Below are positions 20,546-35,272 of a stretch of DNA of 64,000 nucleotides, piece after piece. Position numbers and translations under genes: made by a program. The notes below the pieces were generated by a model. It saw nothing but the letters and a program-made list of their open reading frames with translations, was not told the origin of the DNA and searched no databases. This DNA comes from Eledone cirrhosa. Its lineage: Eukaryota. Where the stretch lies: NCBI GenBank assembly GCA_964016885.1, contig OZ024742.1:116746001-116810000 (forward strand), in the 5' to 3' direction. Position 1 is the stretch's first letter. The number at the start of each line of letters is the position of its first letter.

Positions 20546-20719
20546 ATATATATATGTAGTATTTACGTATCGAGAGAGAGAAGAAAGGGAAGGATAGGTG
20601 ATACATGTAGTTATTTGCCAAATAGTGTATGCAGAAGGTGCTCAATACTAGTGCCGGCAGTATTAAATATTAGAAGTGTTAATATTTAGTGGACGAAAGA
20701 GTTAGCAGAACGTAAGCAC

Positions 20720-22700
20720 GTGGAAAAGCAAGAAATCGGAGAACATACCGTTAATACATGTTTATTTAAAACAGTACCTACGTACGTTTCGCACAGTCGG
20801 ACTTCTCAAGGGCATAAATAACCAAAAGTGTTCCTTACAATGCTCGGAAAGTGTTTTGGGGGTTAAGTTCACGTCATAGTTCATTCTTCGCAAAAAAAAG
20901 CGTGTTTTGATTTTGCAGTAGGTCAAGGGAGGTAACTCTGGCCGGTGTTAGGGCAGTCTTTCCCGGACAAATTTTTATCCGTTACAGGATGTGGTTACAA
21001 CCTTACCATTGTCGATACACACAGGGTCAGGTAATCAACGCTTATTTTGAGACGTTTGTTCATTGCACCTGCCCGCCTGGGTCATTTGAAGCTGGGTCTG
21101 GGATGCATGGTTAGTTTCCTGGATGTTGTTTTTTTTGCAGCGCCTGTCTGCCGAGGTGTTAAAGCTTGTTGCAGGAAGACCCGGTACACGATTTCACTCC
21201 TCACCCTTATCCCATCTGAGAAGGATATTTTTAAGCGATGTGTACAGCTTATCGTCTTTTCAGCTCTGCTGTTGATGAGCACGTGGGGTGCAGTTATGAT
21301 GTGGTAGAGCTCCACGAGGCAAAGATCGCACTTCCTCTTGAAGTTGTACGGTGCAGCCCTGCCGACAATATCCCAGTGCGTGGAGAAGCTGATCTTTAAG
21401 TCTTTTAATGATGTGATGTAGTCCGCGAGCGAAGTGGAGTGTCTTAATTTCTTATTTGTGAAAGAGTGGAGATGTGTTCGAAATCTAATTTTGAACGGGC
21501 CAGAGGTAGCCCCTATATAATGTTTAACGCTATTGTGGCTAGTTACAGTGCACCTAGGTATCCTCTAAGGGGGGCAGCGTCCCCTGTCGCGGCAGTTGCA
21601 ATTTCTGTCGCGGTTCCTTCTAATTCCCACGGTAAGGCTATCATTATTGCTATCTACGTTGTTATCTACGCTCCCTCACCTGTCATTAACACCATTATAC
21701 CCCACAGTGCGCGGGGTGGAACGATTATTATTCCGCACGTCATGTCCTGCATGTTCCCCAGTCATGTCGCGGTTATGCTGGTTGCAGCTGTAGAGGCTGT
21801 TGCCAGCACTATTGGATGCTGCTAGGGAGTCGTTAAGGTCAATATAGTTATTGTCAGGTGTAGGTGCGTCTGTGCTAAAGTGCTGTGTCTTGGTGATCTT
21901 ACTGTGGTTCGTTGTTCCTATGATGTCTGCTAGGTTAGGAGTAGTAGAGAAGGATATTTTTATATTGTTCCCATTAAGGATTTTTCTATACCTATGGTTG
22001 GGCGGGAAGTTCTTCTCTAAGGCTTCGAAGAATATCCGGGGTATGTTGGAGGCCACACTCCGAGAGTAGGGGGGTGGAACCATAGGACGTTACGATGGCG
22101 ATTACGTGTCCTTGTACGTTTGCTACGGGTGGTTCCATCAAGGTGACCATTCTTATGTATGTTAATGCGCTGTAGCCCGTTACGTGCCCCTTTCACTTTA
22201 TGCTCGGGTGCACTCTTCTTCCTTCTTCCATGTTTATGTACAGGAAGATGTTGGTTGGAAGGCGTTGGTAGTAAGCCGGCGCCTTTGTTGATTTTATAGT
22301 AGGGGAATAATTCGAGTAGGCTACAGTGGTCACTGTCACCGGGGTCGTGATATTTATTGTGTGGTAAGTTACCTATACCATCGCCAGTGTAATTAACGTT
22401 GCGACCGTGTTCCTTAGTGCGATTATCTATACTATTATATCCGACTCCTACGAAGTCGCCGCGTGATCGGTTATAGGTATGGCTTACTATAACGTTCGTC
22501 TTATGAGGGGGTGGTTTCTAGAGCCAGCGTTAGGGATGTAGGAAATTCCTCGGTTAAAGCCGGCGCTTATCAAGGCCCTATTGTAGTAATCTGCCGCTTG
22601 GTTGAAGATATCCTCATTGGTGGAGAGCCTCGAGATCCTATGTGAGATGCTATAGACTATGGAGTTGAGAGTCTGCTTAGGGTGGTTGGAGGCATAATTG
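20720..22700 (-). mobile_element. Penelope-like element (Nematis-like): RT C-terminus, linker and GIY-YIG endonuclease, decayed
   Basis: Minus strand: SNHPKQTLNSIVYSISHRISRLSTNEDIFNQAADYYNRALISAGF; PPYSRSVASNI..KNFPPNHRYRKILN..KISFSTTPNL; CNCRDRGRCPLRG; HYIGATSGPFKIRFRTHLHSF..STSLADYI..KCDLCLVE..LINSRAE..CTHR; AATAAA near 20762. Confidence 0.85.
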
Positions 22701-25329
22701 TTTCTTTTAACATACTCTTGGCTCCCAAATAATAAGAGTGTGTGTGTTATATATATGTATGTATATCATCATCGTGGTTTTGATCTATCATCTTCCTCAG
22801 GACAGCAAATTTCTACTTATCTATCTATATATATTACAATATGTTTCTACTTCCATTGCATCATCATGAGTGTTATTTATGTATTCCTATGAGGACTCTC
22901 CAATAAATTTTTATAATTTGAACTTTTCATAACATAAATCTCCCCGACACATAGACACATGCACTCACTTGCAGACTGTTTATTCTCTGTGATTTAATTA
23001 TACTTTTTCTTTAAATCTTACTCATGAGAATTTCAAAACTTTGCCATCTAAACATAATGTTCTGATTAGCTGCCCTGATTTATACATGGATTTGGAAATT
23101 TTGCCCATTTCTCAGACATAAAATAGAGCATCTGCTTATATTCAGATTGGCTTATATTTGAGTATATGTGTTAACTCTGTTTTTAGTGCTTGAATTCACT
23201 GATCGACACACCTGGGAAATACAAGGAGCATAACTCTTTGTAATTTAAAGGGTGTCAAAGTAGAAAACAGACCCTCCAACCAAGCTGTAAGGATATGTGT
23301 TTAATTGATCTTTAAAAAGTGATTAATTGAAAAATAATAACTTTTCTGATAACATGTTTATTAAAAGGTATTGAAAAGTTTTCCAGTAATAATGATTCCT
23401 GTTAACTTAAACAAATAAAAAATAAAATTTAATTATCATGATCAAATTTAATAACTTTTTCAAAGCATAACTGATTTCTTGCAAGCTCATATATGTTACC
23501 TCCCACAATCAACAATAACATCTACTTAATTTTGTCATTATGTGGCCTAAAAGAATAGTTCCTTAATCATGATTAATTTCTAAATATAATATCTCATGTA
23601 AAACTAATTATAAATATACATTTGCATATCACCATACATTATAGATAATCGGCAGCCGATTAAGTTGTTGACCAATTTGCTTATGGGTTCTTCATTTATA
23701 CATATACATACATATATGCATGAGTATATATGATTTGTAATCTTAAGAACGGTAGGGAAATGACAAAGTCCTTACAATATCGGATAAAAAGCTTTGCAGT
23801 ATTTGTTCCAAATCTGCATTTCGAGTTCAAATTCTGCTACGGTCAACTTTACTTTTCATCATTTTGAGATCTATAAAAAAGTGACAGTCCTGTACTGAGG
23901 TTGGTTCTTCCTCTATATCTCTTTTACACTACCTCTCTAACTCTCTCTTTCTTTATCTGGAAGACATTAGCTGTGTTCAGGTCTGTAGAGGAGAGGGACT
24001 CCACCAAGTTTCCAAAATACCCTAAGAAACTTAGTGCGACTACAGTACCTAGTGATTCTACCAGGCATCACAGGTAGTAGAAAAGAAAAACATCCTTGAA
24101 GAGTCTAACCTACTAATATGAGTAACTGTAAAGTTAGCACTGTTTTTTTCTTTGATTCCTCAGAGAATTCTTAGTGGTAGAAATAATTCTATCATTTAGA
24201 CTCTTGTGTCTTGTGATTTAGCAATGAAACAAGACACATTATCATTGAAACATTCACATATCATGACATTAGCTATTGATTTTTATTAAACTAATGATCA
24301 ATTGGGATTTGGTAATCTGAAAGATTTTTTCAAAGAATTCAAAGGACATAGAAAAAACTATTCATTAAGTGCATTGAATCAGAAACTGAAAGTAGAACTG
24401 TACAAATACACTCATCATCATCAATGTATTTATGACCACTTTTCATTGCTGGTTTAGGTTGAATGATTTTTGGGGGGTTTTTTAGGCAACATTCTATGGC
24501 TCAATGCCATTTCTGATGCCAATCCTAACTGATATTTTTTAACTAAGGGATGCATCTTTGCATGTCATATTGCTGGGCTACAGCATGTGGTTTTTATATG
24601 GAACATTAAGAAACATCACACGCTGCCTAGCAGCTTAAGGAAAAGAAAAGAAAACAAATACACATGCACACCACCCTCAAACAAATACATACTGACACAC
24701 ACTCACAGGTGCACAAAGCTTGACACACACACACACAGGCACACAAATGTCCGTACTCATGCACACATACACATTCACACATGCCCACATATTCAGACAA
24801 AGAAACACATGCACTCATGCACTGGTACACTCACATACACTCAGGAACACACACACGTATGTATGTTTGTGTCAACTCAATACACTCTCAAGGTATTCAT
24901 CAAGTCGAGATCATAGGTCACCCACCACAGGAAATGACACATAAAACATGGTGAGATCAAACTTGAAATCATATGAATGCAAAGTAAACTTCTTAAATAT
25001 ACAGCCATACACCAATACACTCTAAAAGTGAGAAAAGTGACATCAAATATTTGGACATAGTAAGCTTCTTGGGTTGTGTTTAATTTTTGTTTGTTCTAGC
25101 AAGTATCACAACATTTTTTTGCTCTTTGTGTCCCCTATTTCTCTTTTTTCTTGCTCGCATATCCATGTGTATCCTATTTAGAATAAGTATGCCATACCCT
25201 TGCACGTTGTAAGAAACGACTAAAGAGGTTGGTGTCCGGAAAGGCATCTTGTAAAACACTGTCTCAAAAATCCTGTCCAACTCATGCTACCGTAGATGAG
25301 TTGATCAACAGGAATTGATGCATAATTAG

Positions 25330-26195
25330 ACATCATCATCATCATCATCACTGTTTTACGTCCATTCTTCCACGCTAGCATGGGTTAGACGGGTTGTCCT
25401 GTTGTCGACAGTGTCCGGTTAGCTGACCTTGTCTTGCTCATACGGGAACTGATTCTGGCTTGATTTCTACAGCAACCTCATTTACAGTGAGTGCTGGGTG
25501 CTTTTTTTCCATGACGCCTACATGTCCACTTTACAGTGTGGGCTAGGTGCGTTTTTGCCGTGGCACCTCCACAACCACTTTGCAGTAGGAGGGGGTGGGG
25601 GCATATTGTCTATATGCTTGAGCTTCGGCTTGTACCCATGGGATGTCAGGTCTTCTGTATTACTGCATGACGCCAGAGATCATAGTCATGTGTCATCGCC
25701 TTTGAGAGGTGCAATTGGGTAAGGTCGGCTTTTATCACCTGATCCCAAGTCTTCTGGGGTCTCCCCACTCTGCGGCTTCTATCAACTTTTAGTACATTTT
25801 TATGCAACTGTCATCCTTCATACGCATCACATGTCCATACCAACACAATCTCCTCTCTTGCACACAGCATTTGATTCCTCTTATGCTCAGTCTCTTTCTC
25901 AATTTGTTTATACTTTGCCGTTCGCGTATATTACTATTACACATCCATCGGAGCATGCAGGCTTCCTTTCTTTCTAATCTATGCAAGTCTTCTACAGACA
26001 GCACCCAGGTCTCACTACCATGTAACATGCATCATACAGTGTGCCTTTCATTTTGAGGGAAAAGCCTTTTGCAGCTAGCAGTGGCAGTAGCTCCCTGAAC
26101 TTCTTCCATCCCATTCTTACCCTAGTTATTGTACTTTCCGAACACTCACCGCCGCTGCTAATTCGGTCACCTAGGTAGCAGAAGCTGTCAACATA
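25330..26195 (-). mobile_element. RTE LINE subfamily B, 3' fragment
   Basis: MLHGSETWVLSVEDLHRLERKEACMLRWMC..RRLCWYGHVMRM then GRPQKTWDQVIKADLTQLHL; distinct 3'UTR ending in (GAT)n at 25330. Confidence 0.85.
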
Positions 26196-27795
26196 GACTT
26201 ACAAATCCTCAAACAAAAGAAAATGTAGATTCTTGTGTCAGTATGTATAAAATCTTTGTGTCCATTATCATCATTATTATTTTATGGTCGTATTCTTTCT
26301 AAATTGGCATGAATTTGATAAGTCATCATCATCTGAGACTTGAGGGATCAGAGAATGTCTTGCTTGTACATTGTTTTTGTCATGGTTTCTATATCTAGAT
26401 GCCTTTCCTAATACAGACCCGTTTACACATTCTACTGGGTGCATCTCATCATGGTACAAGTACTAGCAATATACAGAGTGTACAGAGTACATTTTATCAT
26501 GGTGCCAGCACTACTCTATTGCGAAATGTACTGGGTACATTTTATTATGCAACTAGCACTACCATTTCACAAAGTGTACTGTGTGTATTTTATCATGACA
26601 CTAGCACTGAACAACTCTTATCTCACTTTCCCCTACACCCACACATGCAAATGCCCTCTCTATCCTCACCCACTCACTTTCCTATCAAACTGACTTCTCT
26701 CAAACACCACAACTACTTCCACTGCCTTAAACAAGCCCCATCGACCTTCACAACCAGGTTTTGACTTTAAAACCTTTTTCCAAATCATTCCATTGGCTAT
26801 ACTGAAGCTCTAAAATCCTTCTTCTTCTTTTTCTTCTTATGCTGCCAAGGTTAGCTTTAACTATTATGTGGTCATGATCCTGTTATAAGCAACCTACTCC
26901 AAATGATCCAACGAACTTGCTTGAGGTCTACATCTGGGTCTCTTGCAAGTTGGCTCTGCTTGTAAAATCTGAATAGATTCTTTCCTTAGACATTCTAATT
27001 ACTTGTCCTCTAACACCAATTAAGTTTATATATCATTCTTTCACCCCTACCTCATACACCTGATCCTTCCCAATCTTCTTTTTTCTTTACACCTTATTTC
27101 ATTATCTCTTTACTCACTACTCTCTCACACACAACACTTTGTATCCATTCCTACTATCTCCCCTGACTTCTCATTCTCTTTTCATCTCATCTTCACTTTC
27201 CACTAATTCTGTCCTCTCTTGCTCATCCCTTTTATCTTTCCTCCATTCTTCACTTCCATCCTCAACCTTCAACTCAGCCCTCTTCTTCCCTACTCTACCC
27301 AATAAATATAAACCAATTTTATATCACCTCAATACTTCTTTGGTGAAGATTAGTGAGCACATAATGTGCTGAAACATCATGGCTTTTGTCAGAATTTTTA
27401 ATAAATCCACTTACAATTATATAAATGCACAAATACACAAACATACACACACACATGTATGTATGTATGTATGTATGTATGTATGTGTATATATATATAT
27501 ATGTATGTATGTGTGTGTATGTATGTGTATATATGTGTGTATGTATTGTATATATGTATGTATCTATGTATCTATCTATTGTATATATGTATGTATCTAT
27601 GTGTATATATAATGTATGTGTATATATATATATATATTGTTATACTTGGGAGGGTCATATTTGTGTAATATTGCCAGATTTAATAACAGAACACACTCAC
27701 TGTTTGGTTGGTTTTCGCTTTTAGGTTATATATATATATATATATATATAACCCATGCTAGCGAGGAAAATGGACATTAAACGAAGATGATGATG

Positions 27796-27827
<32 letters not shown>

Positions 27828-28085
27828 TATTTCATATAGAGATAATTTCTATAGGATAAAACTGGACATTCCTGGTGATTTCACACAAATGAAAGAGTTC
27901 TTGTATCGTAGCAGTCAATTATATATAAAAATATGCAATAACTATGTATCTTCTCTACTAATGTATTGAGTAGCTTATTTAACTGTGGTCTCTTTCTACT
28001 CCCTTTGGAAAACCACAAACACGCACATATACTCTAGCATACACACACGAATACACACGCACACATATATATAAATATAAATATA

Positions 28086-28183
<98 letters not shown>

Positions 28184-28885
28184 TATATATATATGCACCA
28201 CACACAGAATCATAAAAGGGTTCTGAATTGGCAAAAATATAATAAAGTGCTGAAATGTCTACCAGTATTTAAACTTTTCTTTCTAGCCTTAGAGTTCAAA
28301 TCCTGAAATGTTTCCAATTTTTCCTTTGATCCATGTGCCAGATCAATATTACATGTGTCATTCATATTGTAGGAATCACTTCAAATAAATTTACAACATA
28401 CAACCCCACCTCAATCTCAGCTGCCTCCCACTAAAAACATTGACTATTGAAAAGAAATCAATATATATAGTGCAGTTGATTCAATAACAATGAAAGAATA
28501 TCATTGAAAATTTTCTCAATCATGTATATTTCTTTTCATATCATTTCACATATTACGATTTTAAAAGGCTTCTATGTATCAAAGGTTTATCAACATTTAA
28601 ACTGTATGTTTTATGTATGCATATGTGTGTGTGTGCAACATAATAATCAACAAAAATCAACAAACACACACACACACATATATATAATGTATAATACACA
28701 CATATATATGTGTTTGTGTATATATGTGTTTGTGTATATATCATATATATATAATATATATAATATAATTATCATATATAGGTATATATATATCATATAT
28801 ATATAATATATATATAATATATATATTATATATATATATATTATATTTATATTGTATATATATCATATAAATATATATATATTAA

Positions 28886-29735
28886 TACAGCAATGTTGCA
28901 TGGCAGTGAGACCTGGGCATTGTGTGCAGAGAATATACGCAGACTAGAGAGGAACGAAGCTTGCATGCTCCGCTGGATGTGTAATAGTAATATACGTGAA
29001 CGGCAAAGCATAAATGAACTAAGGAAAAAATTAGAAATAAGAGGGATCAGATGTTGTTTACTCGAGAGAAGGCTACGTTGGTATGGTCACGTGATGTGCA
29101 TGAAAGACGATAGCTGTATAACAAAGTGCAGGGCAATAAAGATAGACGGTAGCCACGGAGTAGGCAGACCCAGAAAAACCTGGGACGAGCTGATAAATTC
29201 CGACCTCACACACTTACACCTCTCCAAGACAATCTCACTGGACCGAGGCCTTTGGCGGTACTCAGTAATAGAGAAGTCCCGCCTTACCTAAATACAAAGT
29301 AAAACCTACTACAGTCAGTAGGCATCTCTAACAAAATACACCCCCGTCCCACCACCCCCACCCCATCCATACCGCCCCTTTCAATGTAAAGTTATGTTGG
29401 TGCCACAACATCCAGGCCGAAACAAATGAGATTGTGTAGGTGTCACGACAAAAAAACACACAGTCCACGCTGTAATGTGGCCGTGTAGGTAACACAGTAA
29501 AAACCTCCCAGTTCACACTGTAAACATGGTTGGTGTTAGGAAGGGCATCCAGCTTTAGAAAACCCACCAGACAGTCCACGCTGTAATGTCGCCGTGTAGG
29601 CAACACAGTAAAAACCTCCCAACCCCACACTGTAAATGTGGTTGGTGTTAGGAAGGGCATCCAGCTGTAGAAAACCCGTGCAAGCGTGGAACACGGACAT
29701 TAAACGTTGATGATGATGATGATGATGATGATGAT
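28886..29735 (+). mobile_element. RTE LINE subfamily A, 3' fragment
   Basis: ORF 28893-29291 nearly identical to the C-terminus of 10116; 3'UTR with internal duplication; (GAT)n tail; AT arrays on both sides. Confidence 0.95.
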
Positions 29736-30160
29736 AATATATATATCATATATATATATATAAATAATATATATATCATATATATATCATATATATATAT
29801 ATATATATAATATATATATCATATATATATCAAATATATATATAATATATATATCATATATATATCATATATATATATATATAATATATATATAATATAT
29901 ATATAATATATATATCATATATATATATGAATATATCATATATATATAATATATATATATATATCCATATATATATATATGAATATATCATATATATATA
30001 ATATAATATATATTTATATATCATCCTTGCAAGCAGGGGAAAAGCGGACGTAAAATGAAATGATGATGATGATGATATATCATATATATATATCATATAT
30101 ATATAATATATATATATAATATATTATATATATAACATATATATATAATATATATATCAT

Positions 30161-33100
30161 GCACCCCAATCCGGACTGCCCCGCGCTATAAAAGACAGAT
30201 TCTACGAGACACTGATGCTCGCTACCTCCCAAATAACCGACAGTGACTATATAGTTATTGCAGGCGACCTAAATGGTCACGTTGGACAACATTGTGACGG
30301 CTATGACGGAATCCATGGAGGCTATGGGTTCGGTACTAGAAATGAGGAAGGCTCCAGAATCCTGGAATTCTGCGACGCAAATAACTTAACTATCTGTAAC
30401 ACTAACTTCAAAAAACGAGACAATCACTTGATCACCTATAGATCGGGGGAACACACAAGCCAGGTAGATTATATCCTTACCAGAAGACGTGACAGAGTGT
30501 CTGTTGTTAACACTAAATCCCACCCCCATGAAGAATTCACCTCCCAACATAGACTGATAATTAGCGACCTCATAGTCAGGACGAGACGTACTAGACAGCG
30601 AAAGAGGACTATCCTCAGGAGAAAAATATGGAAGCTAAAGGACCCCATAGCCAGAAATAAATTTCAAAGCAAATTACTTGACGCTTTCGACAGTAAGGAA
30701 GAGCAATTAGAGTCGTATAATATAGAGGAACAGTGGGAATTCCTGAGAGCAAACCTGCTGACGGCGGCAGACGAAGTCTGTGGCTGGAGCAGGCCTGTAG
30801 GTAGGAGGAGAGTAACATGGTGGTGGAACAGTAAGGTGGAGGAGTCAATTAAGGCCAAAAAGCAGGCTTGGAAAGTATGGCGGGATGGGGGAAGTAGAGA
30901 AGACTATCAAGTGGCCAGGAGGGAAGCTAGGAGACAAGTGTACTTCGCAAGAAGGGAAGCAGAGGAAAGAAAGTTCAAGCATGTTCTACAACGTGAGGAC
31001 CAAAAACGTGAGGTGTTCAGGATTGCCAGGCAATGTGTCAAGGAAAACCGTGATATTGTCGGGGAGAAGTGTGTACTTAACGATGATGGCATACTTGCCA
31101 TCACCGACGCTGATAAGAAGGTAGCTTGGAAGTGTCACTACGAAAGGCTTCTAAATGAGGAGAACAAATGGGAGAAAGACAGTCTCCCCCAGATCGATCC
31201 AATAGAGGGACCAGCAGTGTTAGTTGAAGGTAGTATAATAAGTAAGGCAATCAAAGATATGAAGACGGGTAAGGCGGCTGGGCCTTCGGAAATAGTTGCT
31301 GAGATGCTGAAGGCATCTGGTTCGGTGGGACACACCATGGTCACCCGGATAGTTAACCAAGTCGTACAGAATGGGGTTGTTCCGAAGGAATGGCGTAGCA
31401 GCATCATCGTTAACTGCTATAAGGGAAAAGGAGATGCCCTAGATAGGAGTAACTATAGAGGCATTAAATTAATCGACCAGGTCATGAAGGTCACGGAAAA
31501 AGTAATAGCGCAACTAATCAGAGAGAGAATTGATCTAGATGAAATGCAGTTCGGGTTTGTGTCAGGCACAAGTACCACAGACGCTCTTTTCATTGTATGA
31601 CAACTACAGGAGAAGTACCTAGCTAAAAGTAAACCCCTATACTTAGCTTTTGTCGACTTGGAGAAAGCCTTCGACAGAGTCCCCCGTTCCATTATCTGGT
31701 GGTCTCTTAGAAAACTAGGTGTTGACGAATGGCTTGTGAGAGCTATACAAGCCATGTATAAAGAAACAGTCAGTAAGGTTAGAATTAACAACGAATATAG
31801 TGAAGAGTTTAGCGTAAAAGTTGGTGTCCATCAGGGCTCTGTACTTAGCCCCCTACTATTTATTATTGCCCTTCAGGCTATAACAGAGGAGTTCAAGACC
31901 GGCTGCCCATGGGAACTCCTATACGCAGATGATCTAACGCTCATAGCTGAATCAATGACCGAACTAGAGAAGAAATTCCAAACGTGGAAGCACGGCCTAG
32001 AATCAAAAGGCCTTAAAATTAACCTGGCTAAGACTAAAGTTCTAGTTTGTAGGAAAGAAAATAAGGCGGCGGTCCCATCGGGGAAATGGCCATGCTCAGT
32101 GTGTAGGAAAGGCGTAGGTAGAAACTCCATTTTATGTCCCAAATGCAAAGTATGGGTGCATAAAAGATGTAGTGGGATCACAGGTAAGCTAACTAAGAAC
32201 ATAGATTTTACATGTGGCCGGTGCTCTGGTGCAATAAGTAGCAGCAAGTGCCCACAAAATACTAGCTCCTTCAACTGCGCAGAGGGTTCTATAGAAATAG
32301 TGGACAGCTTCCGTTATCTGGGTGACAAAATCAGCAGTAGGGGAGGGTGATCTGAAAGTACAGTAGCTAGAGTCAGAACTGGATGGAAAAAGTTCAGAGA
32401 GCTTATACCACTATTAGCCGCTAGAGGGTTCTCCCTAAAAATGAAAGGCAGGTTATACGATGCCTGCATACGAACAGCAATGCTGCATGGCAGTGAGACC
32501 TGGGCATTGTGTGCAGAGGATATACGCAGACTAGAGAGGAACGAAGCTTGCATGCTCCGCTGGATGTGCAATAGTAATATACGTGAACGGCAAAGCATAA
32601 ACGAACTAAGGAAAAAATTAGAAATAAGAGGGATCAGATGTTGTTTACTCGAGAGAAGGCTACGTTGGTACGGTCACGTGATGCGCATGAAAGACGACAG
32701 CTGTATAACAAAGTGCAGGGCAATAAAGATAGACGGTAGCCACGGAGTAGGCAGACCCAGAAAAACATGGGACGAGCTGATAAATTCCGACCTCACACGC
32801 TTACACCTCTCCAAGACAATGTCACTGGACCGAGACCTTTGGCGGTACTCAGTAATAGAGAAGACCCGCCTTACCTAAATACAAAGTAAAAACCTACTAC
32901 AGTCAGTAGGCACCTCTATCAAAACACACCCCCGTCCCACCACCTCCACCCCACCCACACCGCCCCTTTCAATGTAAAGTTATGTTGGTCCCACAACATC
33001 CAGGCCGAAACAAATGAGATCGTGTAGGTGTCACGACAAAAAACACACAGTCCACGCTGTAAATGTGGCCGTGTAGGCAACACGGTAAAAACCTCCCAGC

Positions 33101-33384
33101 CCCACACTGTAAATGTGGTTGGTGTTAGGAAGGGCATCCAGCTGTAGAAAACCCGCCAGACAGTCCATGCTGTAATGTGGCCGTGTAGGCAACACGGTAA
33201 AAACCTCCCAGCCCCACACTGTAAATGTGGTTGGTGTTAGGAAGGGCATCCAACTGTAGAAAACCCGCCAGACAGTCCTATGCGAGCAAGACAACCACTC
33301 TTGCCTCAAGTGGGAAAACCCCCGTCCAAACCCATGCAAGCGTGGAACACGGACGCTAAACCTGATGATGATGATGATGATGAT
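30161..33384 (+). mobile_element. RTE LINE subfamily A, near-full ORF2 (AP endonuclease + RT + PHD), two in-frame stops
   Basis: APE motifs AGDLNGHVG, RNEEG..ILEFC, NTNFKK, SQVDYIL, SQHRL; RT motifs as at 10116; TGA stops at 31598 (CGA in the other copies) and 32348; (GAT)n tail. Confidence 0.95.
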
Positions 33385-33589
33385 ATTATATATATATATA
33401 TCATATATATATAATATATATGTGTAATATATATATATCATATATATATAATATATATAATATATATATATATAATATATATATAATATATATATAATAT
33501 ATATAATATATATATAATATATATAATATATATATAATATATATATATATATTATATAGTAATAATAATAAATTTGAAGTCTAAAATCC

Positions 33590-33815
33590 AAAGAGGGCTC
33601 GATAATGATAAATATATTATCGTCGTTTTTTCTCGTTCTTTTCCAGGGAACGTTTCCACCAACCAAAGTATCATCTTCCTGTCTTCCTTCGATTGCAACG
33701 TTTCTTGAAATATTTACTTCTGCGTTCACAGATTGACTTTTTTTAATTTCAGAAGATCCCGTTAAGGGTGAAAGCAGCGATTCTTTGCTTAAACTTTAAT
33801 CTGTTTTTTTAATAA
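33590..33815. repeat. Unclassified dispersed repeat, second copy at ~49762-49905
   Basis: Shared GAAATATTTACTTCTGC..CACAGA..TTTCAGAAGATCCCGTTAAG.GTGAAAGCAG.GATT.TTTGCTTAAACTTTA.TCTGTT in both places. Confidence 0.7.
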
Positions 33816-33829
33816 ATATAGATATTATA

Positions 33830-35272
33830 TCATCATCATCATCATCATCGTCATCATCATTTTACGTTCGCTTTTCCCTGCTTGCAAGGGTGGGACGGGT
33901 CTTATTCAGCACAGCATCTCTCCACTCGTCACGGTCCCTCGTCATCTCCACCGTGAGCTTTAATGATCTGAGGTCTGTTCTCACCACCTCCGCCCATGTT
34001 TTTCGTGGTCTACCTCTACCACATCTTCCTTCAACTGGCAATTCCTGGCACTTCTTCACCCATCGGTCATGCTCCATGCGCATCACATGTCCATACCACC
34101 TCAGTCTCATCTCCTGTACACTACTTTCTATCCCTCTCAGACACAATTTCTCTCTCAACACATTTATGCTGGGTCATTCACGCATATTTACACTGCACAT
34201 CCAACGGAGCATGCTTGCCTCATTTCTCTCCAGCCGTCGCATATCCTCTGTAGTTGCTGCCCATGTCTCACTACCATGCAGCATTGCGCTCCTCACACAG
34301 GCATCATACAACCGGCCTTTCGTACGCAGGGAGAAACCCTTCTTCGTCAACAGAGGAAGCAGCTCCCTAACCTTCTTCCAACCCATCCTTATTCTAGATA
34401 CTATGGCCTCGGAACACCCTCCTCCCATGCTAATCTGATCTCCTAGGTACCGGAAGCTATCCACCACTTCTATAGCGCCCTCTTGCATTTGAAAAATGTG
34501 TCTATCAGTGCGACTTCTACTGTCTAATTTCCCTGTACATCTACTGCATACATATTTCTCCCTACCTGTTAGATTACCTGCTACATCTCTTGTGTACCCA
34601 GGATCTGCATTGTGTGCATTTTATAGAATTTATGCCAGTTCCTTTTCTGCATATCGAACATGGCCATTTCCCTGACGGAATCAGGGTTTTGTCCTCTTTT
34701 CTACTCATCAACACTTTTGTCTTAGCTAGATTCACTCTCAGTCCTCTTGCTTCCAACTGCTGTTTCCATAGCCAGAATTTATTCTCTAGCTCCTCTACTG
34801 ATTCTGCTATAAGAACCAGATCGTCAGCGTAGAGAAGTTCCCATGGACAGCCAGTCTTAAACTCCTCTGTTATGGCTTGGAGGACTATAATGAACAAGAG
34901 CGGGCTGAGGACCAAACCCTGATGTACTCCTACTTGTATCTGGAATTCCTCACTAAACTCCATTCCTACCCTGACTTTACTGAGAGTACCTCTGTACAAA
35001 GTTTGCACTGTCCTCACAAGCCATTCCTCAACACCTAGCTTCCTTAGGGACCACCAGATGACGGATCGGGGTACACTATCAAAGGCCTTCTCTAGGTCAA
35101 CAAAGGCTAAGTATAGTGGCTTATTCTTCTCTAAGAATCTCTCTTGCAATTGTCTCACCAAGAAGAGGGCATCTGTTGTACTCTTCCCAGGCACAAAACC
35201 AAACTGCATATCATCTAGTTTGACCCTTTCTCTAATTAGTTGTGCTAAAATCCTTTCTGCCACTTTCATAAC
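33830..35272 (-). mobile_element. RTE LINE subfamily C (divergent), RT + PHD + C-terminus, very short 3'UTR
   Basis: VMKVAERILAQLIRERV..QFGF..LLYADD..WPCSICRKGTGINSIKCTQCRSWVHKRC..YVCSRC..FRYLG..RLRWYGHVMRM; ORF runs almost to the (GAT)n tail. Confidence 0.92.
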
